Shown: positions 40,439-52,000, counted from the stretch's first letter. The stretch: 64,000 nucleotides of DNA from Gemmatimonadota bacterium (GCA_003155795.1 PMEM01000043.1:31925-95924); one strand, 5' to 3'. Numbers and translations: made by a program. The notes: a model not told the origin generated them from the letters alone.

Positions 40439-41293
40439 TCGTTGGCGCCCGCCATTTAGTGGTCTGCCTCTTATCCGACTTCCAGCCATACTAAGGTGGA
40501 GTTGAGCTCCCGTTATTGCAAGACCTTGACGTCCCACCGCAAAATGGGTCTAAGGTTAAGTTAACCCGGGTCTGGCCGCACCCGAACTACGGCGAGAGCT
40601 AGGGTGAGTTGGGCATGGTTTCGAAAGCTTCGACGCTAAGGTCCGCGCCAGATCTCGACTGCTGTGAGCCCCGATTAGACGGGACGCTCTGGGAAGGTAG
40701 TTTCACTTCTCAGAAGGGGCTATCTCAATGGAGACACATCGGCGCGGTGCAGATGGCAGGGAATCAACTGACTCGATCGGGGTACCGCTCAGCCGGAGCG
40801 ACATCATCCGCCTTCAATCTGTATCGTGTCACTGGTTACTCCAAGCGGCTCCGCCACATCGCGCTGCCGTAAGCCAAGTGCCATCCGCCGGTTCCGGACT
40901 GATCTCCAATCGTCTTCGGGTCCCCGCGCTTACGCTGGCCGAACCTAGCGCGACGCGGGGACTGCCAGCGTTATTGGTGAAGATCGCCCAGTCGATGATG
41001 CTGGTTCACCCTCCCGACGCTGACAAGCCCGAAAACCTGATCGCATCAATCGATGCGGCGCTTGCAACCGCGAAGTTATAGCGAGTCGATTGTATGACGT
41101 GTGTTGCGAATATTGGCTGGTGGCGGCGACCCGTCTTTTTGATTGGCCAGCGGAGTTTGAGGCAACAACAGCAAGAGTCGTTGTGCCTCCGACTCTCGCC
41201 AATGACGAAGATGGACAAACAGGCACTGTCGAAAGGACCTACGCAAGCTGCCGCCCGTCGAGACCGGCGAGTCCGCGAGACTGCTGGCGAAGT

Positions 41294-43747
41294 TCACGGA
41301 GCCACTCGCCCGCTCACCACTTTGAGCGCGCGCGCGAGCACTTCATCCGTTCCGTCCCGCAGACCCTCGAGTGTCGGTGAGACGGGAATCGTCGGGTGGA
41401 TCCCGACACCGTGATGGGGCGTTCCGTTGCGCTTCTCGACGCGCATCCCGGTCCAAATGACGCTATACCCGCCAGGCAATGCGAAGGGGTCGATAGCGCC
41501 GTTCGTCCCTGCGGTCGTCTCCCCGACAATGGGCCCGAGGTGGTTCTCCTCGACCACGCCCATCGTCGACTCCGCATAGCTCACCGCGCCAGCGCCGGTC
41601 AGGAACACCACTTTCGCGGGCAGGCGAGGCAGCAGTGGCGCGATGACCCAGCCGACGTCGGCGTAGCGCATCAGCGTGTGATCCGGGCGAAGGACTAGTG
41701 GCAGTTCAAAGCGTGCGGAATAGATCGTCGAGTCGCTCAGGTGCGCGAGGAGCGCGGGCGTGTTCAAGCCACGGCTTGGGTAGCCGCGCATATCGAAAAC
41801 GATACCACGTGCTGCCTCCAGACGCGGCATTGCCTGCGCGACATCCCTATCGGTCACACGACTGAGGTCGACGTAGAAGATTCCCGGTTGCAGCTCGGCG
41901 ACTTTATCCGGCCGTGGCTCTGCTGGTGGTTGTTGCAGAACGCGTGAAAGTCGTACGTCGCGCAATGGCGAATTCGCCTGGAGCGGATCGCGCAGACGTA
42001 GCACGGCGACGGTGCCCGGTATTCCGAGCAACACCTTGGAGAGCGCGGCGTGACGGACCCATTGCGTTGTCGCACCCGAAGTGCGGGCCTCGGCGTCGCG
42101 CAACTTCGCCATAGCCGATCGACCATCGACTGCCACAATCTCGTCGCCGATGTGCACGCCCAGCGCGCGCGCCGAATCACCGACGGCGAGCACAACGATT
42201 CGGTTTTCCACCCAACCAAGGAGGACGTCCGGCGCGGCCTGCACGACGGTCGTCCGAAGGACGTTCCCGTGCCCGTCATGCAGGGCGGCGATGAGTCGCT
42301 GCAGCGTCCCGTCGAACGCAGTAGCGTCTGAGTCGAGCGCGGCCTCGTTGAGGGCCGTGCGAAGCGCCGCCGGCCAGTCGGTGTGCACGACGTCGAAGTA
42401 CGGATAGAAGTGCTGCGGGACCATCCATAGCAGTGCCACGTCTGCTAGCCGCGTGGTGCGATCGTCCAGATCGAAGCGTTCCGTCGCAGGTGTGGGCTGC
42501 CACGTCGATCCGGCCGATGCAGTCGCAGTGAGCGAATCCGGCACCGCTTCTTCGGACAAGGCGAGCGGCACAGACGCGGACATGCCCGCGCCGAGTTGAG
42601 CGACGAATGCGGTGTCGGGGCTGGGCACCGGCATCGTGCGCGACGGTCCACAGTCTGTGACGGTGACGTCGCTAGGCAGTCGGCCGGCCGACGCGGAGAC
42701 GCGTCGCAGGCTACTGTGATAACTAGCCCGCGGCAGACCCGCGGGAGGATCCGGCACACCGAAGCCGCAATGCTCCCAGAATACGACGCTGCCATTCCGA
42801 CCAACGCTGTCAGTGTGCCGTGAATGCGGCGGGGCCGCCCCGTTACGATAGAGGTCAACCGTAGGAGCAACGCGCGCGAAGAGCGCGCGAAGAGCGATAA
42901 TGAGACTGTCGGCAGTCGGCACATTCTCCACCACGCGCATGCCGTGCACCGTGAACTCGTTCCAGTTCGTCATCAACGCGACGCTGCCGGGATACCAGAA
43001 TCGCACGTAGCCCACGAGACGCGTAAAGGCGATGATGTTATCGAGAGCACGTGCGGTGAGCGGGGGGAGCGGCTCGCGCCGGGTCGCCGTGAGCCCACGT
43101 CTCGTGCTGCTGGCGGCGACACGCGCAACTCCGATGAGTATGTGCGGTGACCTTAACCCGAGCACACTCGCACGCTGCACCGAACCGACGGACCCAGATT
43201 CGGAGCTCCCAGGACTGTGAGGGCGCGAAATCACGGCGAGCTTAACATCGTCAATCCAGAGGCGCCCGCGGCCTAGGGACAGCGCTCCCAGCCCGATTGA
43301 TGAAGCCCCGTTGGCAACGTCGAGGTCCACTGTGACCGACGTCCAGTCCAGGTTTCCGCCGACATAGCGACGGTCTTGCGTCGTTGCGAAGGCGATGAGC
43401 TTCTCGCCGCTATCTGCACAGACGCAGACCGCGGCGCTTTGTCCGCCGAGTGCCGCGGCTTGCGGGGCGGTGGAGACTTCAATCCGACGTCCGGTGTACG
43501 CAGCAGCTGAGACGCCGGTGCCGGCGTCGGCGAAGCCCGTAGGGTCAACGTTGGTCGACACTCGTAGACCCGCCCGTCCGCTGCGCACCTCGGTGCTGTC
43601 GGCGACGGTCTGAAGGTGGGTGACGGCAACGCCCATCGCGAACCAGCGGTTGAACGACGCCGATTGTGCGACCGCGGAGGCCGATGCAGACACTGTAACG
43701 AGGAACGCAGCGAGCAAGCTAAGCGATGGGTGGCGACAGGAATGCAT
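41294..43747 (-). CDS. secreted S41-family peptidase with PDZ and N-terminal beta-sandwich
   Basis: Signal peptide after ATG 43747; LHDGHG, GDEIVAVDG, FDMRGYP, AVSYAE, GETTAGTNG. Confidence 0.9.
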   Translation of the reverse strand: MHSCRHPSLSLLAAFLVTVSASASAVAQSASFNRWFAMGVAVTHLQTVADSTEVRSGRAGLRVSTNVDPTGFADAGTGVSAAAYTGRRIEVSTAPQAAALGGQSAAVCVCADSGEKLIAFATTQDRRYVGGNLDWTSVTVDLDVANGASSIGLGALSLGRGRLWIDDVKLAVISRPHSPGSSESGSVGSVQRASVLGLRSPHILIGVARVAASSTRRGLTATRREPLPPLTARALDNIIAFTRLVGYVRFWYPGSVALMTNWNEFTVHGMRVVENVPTADSLIIALRALFARVAPTVDLYRNGAAPPHSRHTDSVGRNGSVVFWEHCGFGVPDPPAGLPRASYHSSLRRVSASAGRLPSDVTVTDCGPSRTMPVPSPDTAFVAQLGAGMSASVPLALSEEAVPDSLTATASAGSTWQPTPATERFDLDDRTTRLADVALLWMVPQHFYPYFDVVHTDWPAALRTALNEAALDSDATAFDGTLQRLIAALHDGHGNVLRTTVVQAAPDVLLGWVENRIVVLAVGDSARALGVHIGDEIVAVDGRSAMAKLRDAEARTSGATTQWVRHAALSKVLLGIPGTVAVLRLRDPLQANSPLRDVRLSRVLQQPPAEPRPDKVAELQPGIFYVDLSRVTDRDVAQAMPRLEAARGIVFDMRGYPSRGLNTPALLAHLSDSTIYSARFELPLVLRPDHTLMRYADVGWVIAPLLPRLPAKVVFLTGAGAVSYAESTMGVVEENHLGPIVGETTAGTNGAIDPFALPGGYSVIWTGMRVEKRNGTPHHGVGIHPTIPVSPTLEGLRDGTDEVLARALKVVSGRVAP

Positions 43748-44498
43748 CTGTAGAGTGTCCGGATACAAATCGGCGGTGGCGGCAGCGGGTTCGTGGTGCC
43801 GCACGAGTCGAAGCCTCTGCCTGCAGCCCAAACGGTCTGGGTATTGACGCGTGGTTGCAGTATTGCCCAAGCTACCTGCGCACGTTGGCGTTTGTAATCG
43901 GTGCTCTGATCTCATAGAAGCATCTGGTGTTGCGGCATGATTCGCAGTTCGCTCTCCGCGTGCGCGGATGCGGCGAGCAGCGGTACTTCGATAGGAGGTT
44001 AGACTCATTTACTTCGAGCGATTGATAGTCATCTAAAGTACCTCACTATTGCGGTCGTGGAGCAATCTGGAAACATCGTTTCGGAGAAGGGGCTCTACCA
44101 CGCAGACTGCTGCGCTCATTTCCACCGTGGAGCCGTATCGGCCAATCGAGGCAGGAGTAGAGACATTTCCATTTTGCCCATGGGTTTACGATGTGCTGGC
44201 CCCGAGGGGATCGGTCTTATTTGGCGCGCCAATGTCGCACCCCAAGGAGCTCGAGGCAATTTCCCACGCTAACTAAAAGCCGGCTGAGCGAGACGCGTTG
44301 TTACTAGCTCGCATAGTAAGCGGCCGCCTCATTCCGGAAGTCTATGCGCGAGCTGGCCCGCAGGGTGACACCGTGCGTGTACTAGTACCATTGCGGCGTT
44401 TCGCGTTCGCACCAAATGGACATGGGTTCTCGACGTAGCGGAGCTAGATGACGCCGTTGGTACAAAATGCACCGTATTGCTACCGCCGCCATACTGAG

Positions 44499-45686
44499 TT
44501 AAGACGCGCTACTCGCGCGCGCGCGCAGCTCGTCGAGAAGCAGTTCTGACACGCGGGCCTTTCCCGTCACTATCTTGCCGCGAACGGCGAAACCGCGCTT
44601 AAAGTCTCCCGGTAACCTACCCATAGTATCATGCAGGTCGATTCGTACGACTACCGCAAACCGTCCGGTACCATCAGTCGGCGGAGACATCGGAGTGCCC
44701 GCGGTGCCAAGTCGCGTCGCAGATTCGGGGGCTACCGAGACCACGCTACCGTGGAGATCCCGGCCCTTCAAGAACAACGCAGAGGGAAGAGTCAGAATGA
44801 CGGCTTGGCCGACGCGCACATCGTGAACATTTCGCTCATCGACTAGCAGGCGCGCTGTCCAACTGCCGAGATCTTCGATCTCGAGAATTCCCTCGCCGGC
44901 TGATACGGACGCGCCGATGAGATCTCGTGGCCGTTCAGTGAGCACGATTCCGTCGATCGGGGCAGTAAGATCCACTCGTCGGCGTTCGCCACGCGCGTGA
45001 GCAACGTCAGCGCGAAGTCGATCAAGCTCAAGAGTACTCTTGGCGAAGTCCAATGAATCGAGCTTTGCTTGCTCGCGCGCAGCAACCGCCGACTTCACTC
45101 GTGCTTCTGCCGACTGCACATCAGCGATCGCAAGATCAACATTGACACTCTTGCCGATCGTATAGGCTTTCAGCACTGAATCGACGTTGGCCCTTAGGCT
45201 AAACTCCATCAATCGCTGCCGAAGAGCCGCTTGCGCCTTAATTACATTTGTCTGTTCTTGGGTTACTTGAGCTGTCTTTTGGATCAGATCGAGTGGCGCA
45301 GTAGCTCGAGCACGGTTGAGCTCACCGCGACTCTCATCGTACTGGATTTCGAGGCGTTGTAGGTCCGCGTCGGCAGACACTGGATCTAAGCGTGCTACTA
45401 TTTGTCCGACTTTGACTGGCTGGCTAACGTCAACATCCACCTGTGTAACAATTCCGCCAATTGAAGGGCGCACATTCGCGACGTGGAGTGGCTCTAAAGT
45501 TCCATCAGCGCCGACAGATACAGTCACGGAAAGCAAGAACGCGGTGAGAGCACTTAGCAGCACCAGCGTCGCAAATGCGCCGATTGTAAGGCCAACCGCG
45601 CGCTGCACAATACGCTGCCCCGGGACTATGACGTCATCGAGCGAGGGCAGCTCAAACACGTACTTCGCGTTAGCCGAGTTAGCCAT
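44499..45686 (-). CDS. HlyD-family membrane fusion protein
   Basis: N-terminal TM, VRPSIGGIV..VKVGQ lipoyl half, coiled coil, LTAPIDGIV. Confidence 0.9.
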   Translation of the reverse strand: MANSANAKYVFELPSLDDVIVPGQRIVQRAVGLTIGAFATLVLLSALTAFLLSVTVSVGADGTLEPLHVANVRPSIGGIVTQVDVDVSQPVKVGQIVARLDPVSADADLQRLEIQYDESRGELNRARATAPLDLIQKTAQVTQEQTNVIKAQAALRQRLMEFSLRANVDSVLKAYTIGKSVNVDLAIADVQSAEARVKSAVAAREQAKLDSLDFAKSTLELDRLRADVAHARGERRRVDLTAPIDGIVLTERPRDLIGASVSAGEGILEIEDLGSWTARLLVDERNVHDVRVGQAVILTLPSALFLKGRDLHGSVVSVAPESATRLGTAGTPMSPPTDGTGRFAVVVRIDLHDTMGRLPGDFKRGFAVRGKIVTGKARVSELLLDELRARASSAS

Positions 45687-45788
45687 TCGGACAGCTTGTT
45701 GGCAAGTTGGCACTAACTGCGCGGAGAGTGCACCAAAAAAGGAGTCACACCTATCACATTCGCCAAAGCACGTACGACTCCCCTCCGA

Positions 45789-46088
45789 CTACGGCATGTA
45801 ACACGGAGCGCAGGTCCACGACATGTCTTGAGTTGGACACGCACAGGATCCGCAACTTTGCTGACAAGTATTGCATTCGCTATAGTGGCAGCTCATCGGG
45901 CACGTTGTGCCGGCCGTACAGGCCCAACACGTCTTTACACTTGGACAAGTACAATATCGGAGCTGGCTGGTTGAATCTCCTCCGTAATACGTTGCCGTCC
46001 CTCCTGCGACCTTCGCAAGCGCGCTGTCACCCAGCTTTCGCAGTGTTTCGCGAGTAATGGTGAGCTTGCGCCTTTGTGGATTGTCCAT
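45789..46088 (-). CDS. lanA: class I lanthipeptide precursor, double-Gly leader, 13-Cys core
   Basis: Leader MDNPQRRKLTITRETLRKLGDSALAKVAGG; 69-aa core with 13 Cys and 19 Ser/Thr; lies between PCAT and HlyD. Confidence 0.9.
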   Translation of the reverse strand: MDNPQRRKLTITRETLRKLGDSALAKVAGGTATYYGGDSTSQLRYCTCPSVKTCWACTAGTTCPMSCHYSECNTCQQSCGSCACPTQDMSWTCAPCYMP

Positions 46089-46201
46089 CGCCCCCCCCGT
46101 GTGAACAAGTATGTGCACCGGTGGCCCGTTTGCTAGGCCAAGACGCCACGGCGCAATTTTACCCTCCCGTAGTATGCGCCAGCAGTATGCCGTAGCAAGT
46201 G

Positions 46202-48187
46202 TTAAATCAAGACATTATCGGGTAGTTTTAGGACACGTCCTTTCCACTCAGGCGGAGCTTCTTGTGCAGATAGGACGACAAGAATTCCGGTAAGATCGCA
46301 TAGTATATCAAGGGCATGGTCACGAGAAGCCGCGTCGAGAGACATCGTGGGTTCGTCGAGTATATAAACTTGCGATGTAGCGATGAGCGCACGAGCAATG
46401 GCAAGTCGGGCTAAGACAGATGGGCGCAGCTGGCCGCCGAGCGGATCGAGGCGCGTTTGGAGACCGAGAGGGAGACTGGAAATCTCGACATCGAGACGAA
46501 GCGTAGCGCAGACGTCGCGCAGGGCGGTGTCCGGGACCCCGCTCCTTCCGCACCGGAGATTGTCTGCGATAGAGCCGTGATACCAGCAGGCTCGCTCTAG
46601 CAAGGCACCCACGTCTTGAAACTTTGAATCGCGAGATGAGATGTTTACGTCGATGCCGTTCCACAACACACGTCCACTTTGGGGTTTCAGAATCCCCAAT
46701 ACTATCTGGCCAAGCATCGTCTTCCCGCTACCGGACGGACCTGTAACCCAAAGCCGATCCCCTTCGAGGAGAGACAATGAGAATGGCGGCGAGTTCGCGC
46801 ACGCAGCGGCGCCAATCTTGACATCTTCCACGCAGATTCTTGTCACCCGTTCCCGCACAAGCGCACCCGGCACAGACGATGCTGGCTGACTCAACTTCCG
46901 TTCTTCAAGCGAATGCGGAGAGAAGGCAGACGCGGCGAGTTTCATATTCTCCTCAACTGCTCGAAAACATAAGCCAACCACACAGGCACCCACGAATTGT
47001 CGAAATGGAACCGTAGCCGACCACTCGATCGCTATTACAACGGTTGTCGCAAGAGCCGACAGGGCGAGCCATTTTAGGGGGCCCAAGTTCTTTTTCTCGC
47101 GCTTGGATTCGCTCTGTGCAACTCTACGCGTCTCTAATACATATTGTAATACGTTAGAGCGAGTACCGGTCGCAGCGAATGTTGGCATACCCGTCAGCGA
47201 GCGCGCGACCGCTGCCCTGTGACGAGTCCAATATATATTCTCGGATTCTGGAGGATGAAGGACCGCCGCAATAAAGGTGGCCCACAGGCTTGTTGTTAGG
47301 ACCAATGCTGACACAGCCAACGAATGAACCAATATTGATTGGCCGGCCGGTGCACACAGCAATGGAAGAAGTGTTCCGGTAATCAACGCCGCAGTCCACG
47401 TACCCTTCGCTGCACTCGATCCTGCAACTGTATTCGCCTCGAATGCCGCTAGCTGCCACCTACCGACGTTACTCTTGGAAACAGTAGGGGTCGCGGAAGG
47501 CGGGAAAAGTGCCGACTGGGCTATCGTCAACCACAAGCGTTCTCGCCGCGTTACTGCTTCTTCCAAAGCGTGGGCTAGGACAAGTAACGAAAGCGCCGTA
47601 GCGGTCGTCGCGCTAACGGCGGCGATGACCGTTGGCGCAACGTCGTTTCTAGTGAACGCGACGCCAAGAAGCAATCCGGCCACCAAAGCGCCCAGGACGG
47701 CGACCGTGAGTTCGTACGAGGTTACCGTATTCAGCGCGCCTCGGAGAGAACTTGTGCAACGAATGATCCAGCCCAAGACACTTCGTGAAGGTTTGCTAAA
47801 GTGGAGAGCTGTCCCTCCGAAACGCGCTATTGCCTCACTAGTTGCCACGGCCCTGCGGCCCGCGGCAGGATCGACAATTGTAATCTCTGATGCACCTGCG
47901 TGTTCTAGAATCACAAAGTGCATGGGCGTCCATTCCAGAATTGCCGGAGTTGATAATAGATTCAGCTGCGTCGGCTCAATTGCCACGCCAACGCCGTGTA
48001 AACCGGATGCATGGGCAATGGCCAACAAGTCAGCGGCTGTCATGACGTCGCCGGACGCCTGAATCGCGAGCGTCATATCCCGGGCGTAGTAGTCCAACAC
48101 CATGGCGATACAGACAAGACCGCAATCGGAATTGCTGGACTGCCGAATTATGCGGACACGCCCAAACCTCTTGAAGGGATTTCTCAA
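46202..48187 (-). CDS. lanT: C39-peptidase ABC transporter (LanT/PCAT) with degenerate NBD
   Basis: QSSNSDCGLVC, HFVIL, VDPA; GPSGSGKT, LDEPT; signature LRPSV in place of LSGGQ. Confidence 0.85.
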   Translation of the reverse strand: MRNPFKRFGRVRIIRQSSNSDCGLVCIAMVLDYYARDMTLAIQASGDVMTAADLLAIAHASGLHGVGVAIEPTQLNLLSTPAILEWTPMHFVILEHAGASEITIVDPAAGRRAVATSEAIARFGGTALHFSKPSRSVLGWIIRCTSSLRGALNTVTSYELTVAVLGALVAGLLLGVAFTRNDVAPTVIAAVSATTATALSLLVLAHALEEAVTRRERLWLTIAQSALFPPSATPTVSKSNVGRWQLAAFEANTVAGSSAAKGTWTAALITGTLLPLLCAPAGQSILVHSLAVSALVLTTSLWATFIAAVLHPPESENIYWTRHRAAVARSLTGMPTFAATGTRSNVLQYVLETRRVAQSESKREKKNLGPLKWLALSALATTVVIAIEWSATVPFRQFVGACVVGLCFRAVEENMKLAASAFSPHSLEERKLSQPASSVPGALVRERVTRICVEDVKIGAAACANSPPFSLSLLEGDRLWVTGPSGSGKTMLGQIVLGILKPQSGRVLWNGIDVNISSRDSKFQDVGALLERACWYHGSIADNLRCGRSGVPDTALRDVCATLRLDVEISSLPLGLQTRLDPLGGQLRPSVLARLAIARALIATSQVYILDEPTMSLDAASRDHALDILCDLTGILVVLSAQEAPPEWKGRVLKLPDNVLI

Positions 48188-48399
48188 GCGCCGTGCCGCG
48201 GAAACGAAGAGCGCGATAAGTTGTCAGTCACAACTGGCGTTGCGGACAGGGGGTAGCGTGGCCGCGTGTATAGCCGAGAGCCCGCCGTGATGGTGCGGTT
48301 GCGAAAGCGGTATAGTTGCAATTCGAGTGCGATGCCTCAGAAGAACCAGCGGCGGTAAATGATTCTCCTCGGACCTTGGGCTCGCCACGAAGATTGGCT

Positions 48400-48987
48400 C
48401 TAACGAGTAGGAAGCACAGTTCCGCCCGCAAGCGAGTAGAGATCGAGCGGCTGACTCGGCGCTCCCGACAGATTTAACGCATTAAGAATCATATCCAAGT
48501 GTTCAGCTGAAACGCGAAATCCCATCGCTACTAACCGAAATGTGCGGAGCAGCGTGATGTAAGCCGTGGCCGGCTCAATGTTTCTCAGAACGAGTAATTG
48601 TTCCGCGACATGCTCGAAGAAGCTGTGTCCAACGATGAATTGCCCGTCATGCCAGGCGACTTGATCTATGGTAAAAGCACCTCGTTGCACAATTTGAGCG
48701 GTAGAAATGCCATTTCCGTTGGCGATTTCAAGAGCAGCGTGGCGTAGCGGTACGCGCGTGAGGAAATCGACTTCCGCTGCTCGGCTCGTGAAATGGATCC
48801 GTACCAGCGCAGGTGCTTCCCTTGTCCAAAGTGCCCTAATCCCATCGCCCGAGAGCGCGTAAGATTTAGCCGACGTTCCGTTTAGTCTAAAATCGCTCCT
48901 AAGGCTACGAAGGTGCTCGGCAATTATTGGGAAGCGAGCTTCGTCCTCTTGGGCGACAGCGTTCCAGTCCGCGATATTAGTTGTCAT
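48400..48987 (-). CDS. third nucleotidyltransferase-like paralog, catalytic Asp absent
   Basis: Shares RALWTRE, HDG.F..G..FFEHVA and LLRT with 39899-40438. Confidence 0.68.
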   Translation of the reverse strand: MTTNIADWNAVAQEDEARFPIIAEHLRSLRSDFRLNGTSAKSYALSGDGIRALWTREAPALVRIHFTSRAAEVDFLTRVPLRHAALEIANGNGISTAQIVQRGAFTIDQVAWHDGQFIVGHSFFEHVAEQLLVLRNIEPATAYITLLRTFRLVAMGFRVSAEHLDMILNALNLSGAPSQPLDLYSLAGGTVLPTR

Positions 48988-49088
48988 TCGAGGACTGACC
49001 AACGCCGGCTTAGGCGGTAAGAAGGGCGGGGAGACCGGTACCAACCCGGCTGAGAGGTCGTACTAGCTGCGATTAGGTGTACTTTCAT

Positions 49089-52000
49089 TTACGCGTTAGT
49101 GGCATCATGGGATGGAGGGGGTGTTACCGCTCGCACTCGCGCGAACGCAGACTCGTGGAAACGACGAATGAAATCGTAAACTCTCTGTTCCTCAACCGGG
49201 TTAGTTGTTCCTACCATTCGGTTTACGTGCATGTGGGTGAGGCTCAGAGCAATGTCCTCGAGAGCCGCTCCGAGCTCGCCGCAGCGCAGCAGATCGTGAA
49301 GGCGTGCCGCCGAGGCCGCAACTCGCATCGATCGTCGCACTAATTCTTCGCATGCATTTGCAAAAGTGGGCTCCGTTGCCGCGTGAAGGCCAAGGACGGT
49401 TTCAATATCGCCGCGGTTAGCACGATACGCTTCACTCCACACGCGGCGTGCGTCCCCCGAGGGCGGGCGTAGACGTCCAAGCAAGAGTACACGCTGCTCA
49501 GCCGTAAATTGAAGATCGGCAAGCAATGTATCTATTCCTCGCAGTAAAATCATGTCGCGAGCATGCGCATTCTCATCCCCTGGGTAGCCCCCCAGTACCG
49601 TAATAGCAAAGTCACTATCGGCGCAAAAAACATCCTCCGCAATGGTAATGGAACGACTCCCGCCATAGCGTTCGATCTCGCGCGAATAGGTATCGTAACG
49701 CAGGGACGTGAGCAGGCGGTTATCGAGGAATTCTTCTGATCGCGCTTCGAGATCTGGTAAGACTTCGCACCGGATCCGAGACGGATCGCCACAAAGGCGA
49801 AGCCGAATATGCGGTTTTGGATCTGAATACCGAATGAAAAACCAACGATCGATGGCGCCCGAGTCACGCGCCGTCTGAATCACGGGTGCGACGAGATGGC
49901 TAAGAATTCGGTTAGTCGTCCCCTCACCTGCGAAGAGTTGCGCGTACGTCCATCCAGACGTCGGCGTAAACTTTCGTCGGATTGAGGTCGGCGCGATCGT
50001 TACTGTGTTCGGCGCCATTACTTCTTCCCGACTCGTCTGCCGGCGTCGTAAGAACGGAACGATCAGTTCGTGGGTGAATCTTCCCTCTGGTCCTTCTACC
50101 ACGAGAGAATTGTCGTCGGGATATTGCTCCGCCAGTTGTACGGCGTGGTGCTTTCTGATCGACTCGACGACAACATCCACAGCGATCGGAAGATCCAGAT
50201 CCAGCGACAGTAAACTGTCTCCCTCTGAAAGGAGTACTCGTCGCGGGATACCGCGCTCGTTACGGAGCAACTGGAATGCTTGGTACGTAGCGACTCTTGC
50301 GGTACTCGGCTTCAAGGCTAATTCGGATGCAGCAATTCTCCATTGAGCGCGGCAGAGGACCGCCTGCCCGTAAACCACTCGCGGAAGAAAGGGCAATTGT
50401 TCCAGCCGCCCCCAAACCCAAGACGCGCCGAACAGTACGCCTTGTTCACGTAGAAGTGCGAAAAAGCGGTAAATCGGGAGGTTGCGAGGGTGACTCAAAT
50501 TGTGCGCCGTAGTAATGCGCGGCAGGACCTCGCGACCGAGACGGCGAGACCACAAAACTACACGATCGTCCCGAACGGTTACGAAGAGATCAGATATGGG
50601 AATCTGCTGCGACGCTGGCGCTCCAGATCTTCCCAGGAAAGGAATTTCATAGTCGCGAAGCACGGGCCGACAAAGGATGTTTCCCATGCGTCCTTCAGGC
50701 AGATGCACGACTTCAGCGAGAGCCTGATCGGGGAATAGCGCTGCCTCGCTACTGAGAAAGCGCTGTAGCGCATGCGTAAGATCCTCATCGCAGTGACAGA
50801 ATCGGCCCAGCAGATTTCCACCGGATGGCCCGGTAACCATATGAAATAGCACTCTAAGCGGGCTAGGTGTGCTTCCGGGCCGTACATCACGCACCAGCGT
50901 AACGACTGCAGCTATGGACGATGGTAACGGCGACGGAGTGCGTGACGCAAGCGAGGCAACGTCGTCGGCAGTAAGCGCGACTTCCACAGCCCCTGATTTC
51001 GCGGCACGTATTACAAGACCAGCCAAAACGGCCTGGCGAGCTCCCTCAGCACTTAGCTCTCGTAGATCACCTTCGCTAACGGCGCCTTCAAGACCTAGGT
51101 TGTCTAGGCCGATTCCAATTTCCGCATCGAGTGCCTCCGCGAGCGGCACGAGTTCCATCTCATACCGTTCGCGAAACGCGCGACGGAACGAGCGAAGAGG
51201 ATCGGTCGGTAGCGTTATACGTTGGAGAAGATCAATCCCCGCCTCAATCTCATGCATCTCAACAGCTCCGATAACCGCAGCCTCAAGACTCGTTGACATG
51301 TCTACTTGGAAAAGCCGCGCAGGATCCGCCCGTACCGGGAACTCGCCCAGGAGCTCGGCGATCCCGTTATAGTCCTGTACCGAGCAGCCGATGCCACGAG
51401 CGTCGATGTTTGCAAGCAGTTCCCGGGCGCGTTTAAGTCGATCGACCGTTGGCGCGGTCACCTCCTGCGTAGATAGCGTGTCAATCATGCCGTCGAGTGC
51501 GGCCATACCGGTCACCAACGGCTCGATATCCGCCACGATGATTTGAGCATCAAGGAGTTCATACACGAAATCGCGCGCCTCGTTGACTGAAACGTCTTCG
51601 TTCACCAATGCAAGTGCCAGTTCCGCGATCGTAGCTCCATTCTCAGCAAGTCGAATAACTTCGTCCAGAGGGTCTGACCGGTCGACAGCAACAAGTCGGT
51701 ACGCCCGATCCCCACCTTGACTGTATGCTTCCATATAATGAAAGCGGCCCCCGGCTGCGTACAGACTTGAGTTCGGTCGGATGGTAAATACGGGTCCGAA
51801 TGTACGATTAAGCAGAACTGCATCGGCTAAATCGCCAAGAAATTGTGTGTCCAACCGAGTGGTACGCCGGTAAGTTTCCCGGCTTGCGAGGCGTAGATCC
51901 GTTTGGTCGCCCACTGCCCCGAGCGCGAATCCGGCAAACAAGCCGAACGGAGTCGCACGTGCGGACATGCGTGCGAAATAACGAAACAGGCTGCGACCAA

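Noticed and set aside
40609..41081. Ser/Thr kinase remnant
   Set aside because: Only faint C-lobe-like resemblance across frames; no catalytic motifs
44010..44498. Additional lanthipeptide precursors in cluster gaps
   Set aside because: No second leader-GG plus Cys/Ser/Thr ORF found here or at 48190-48400
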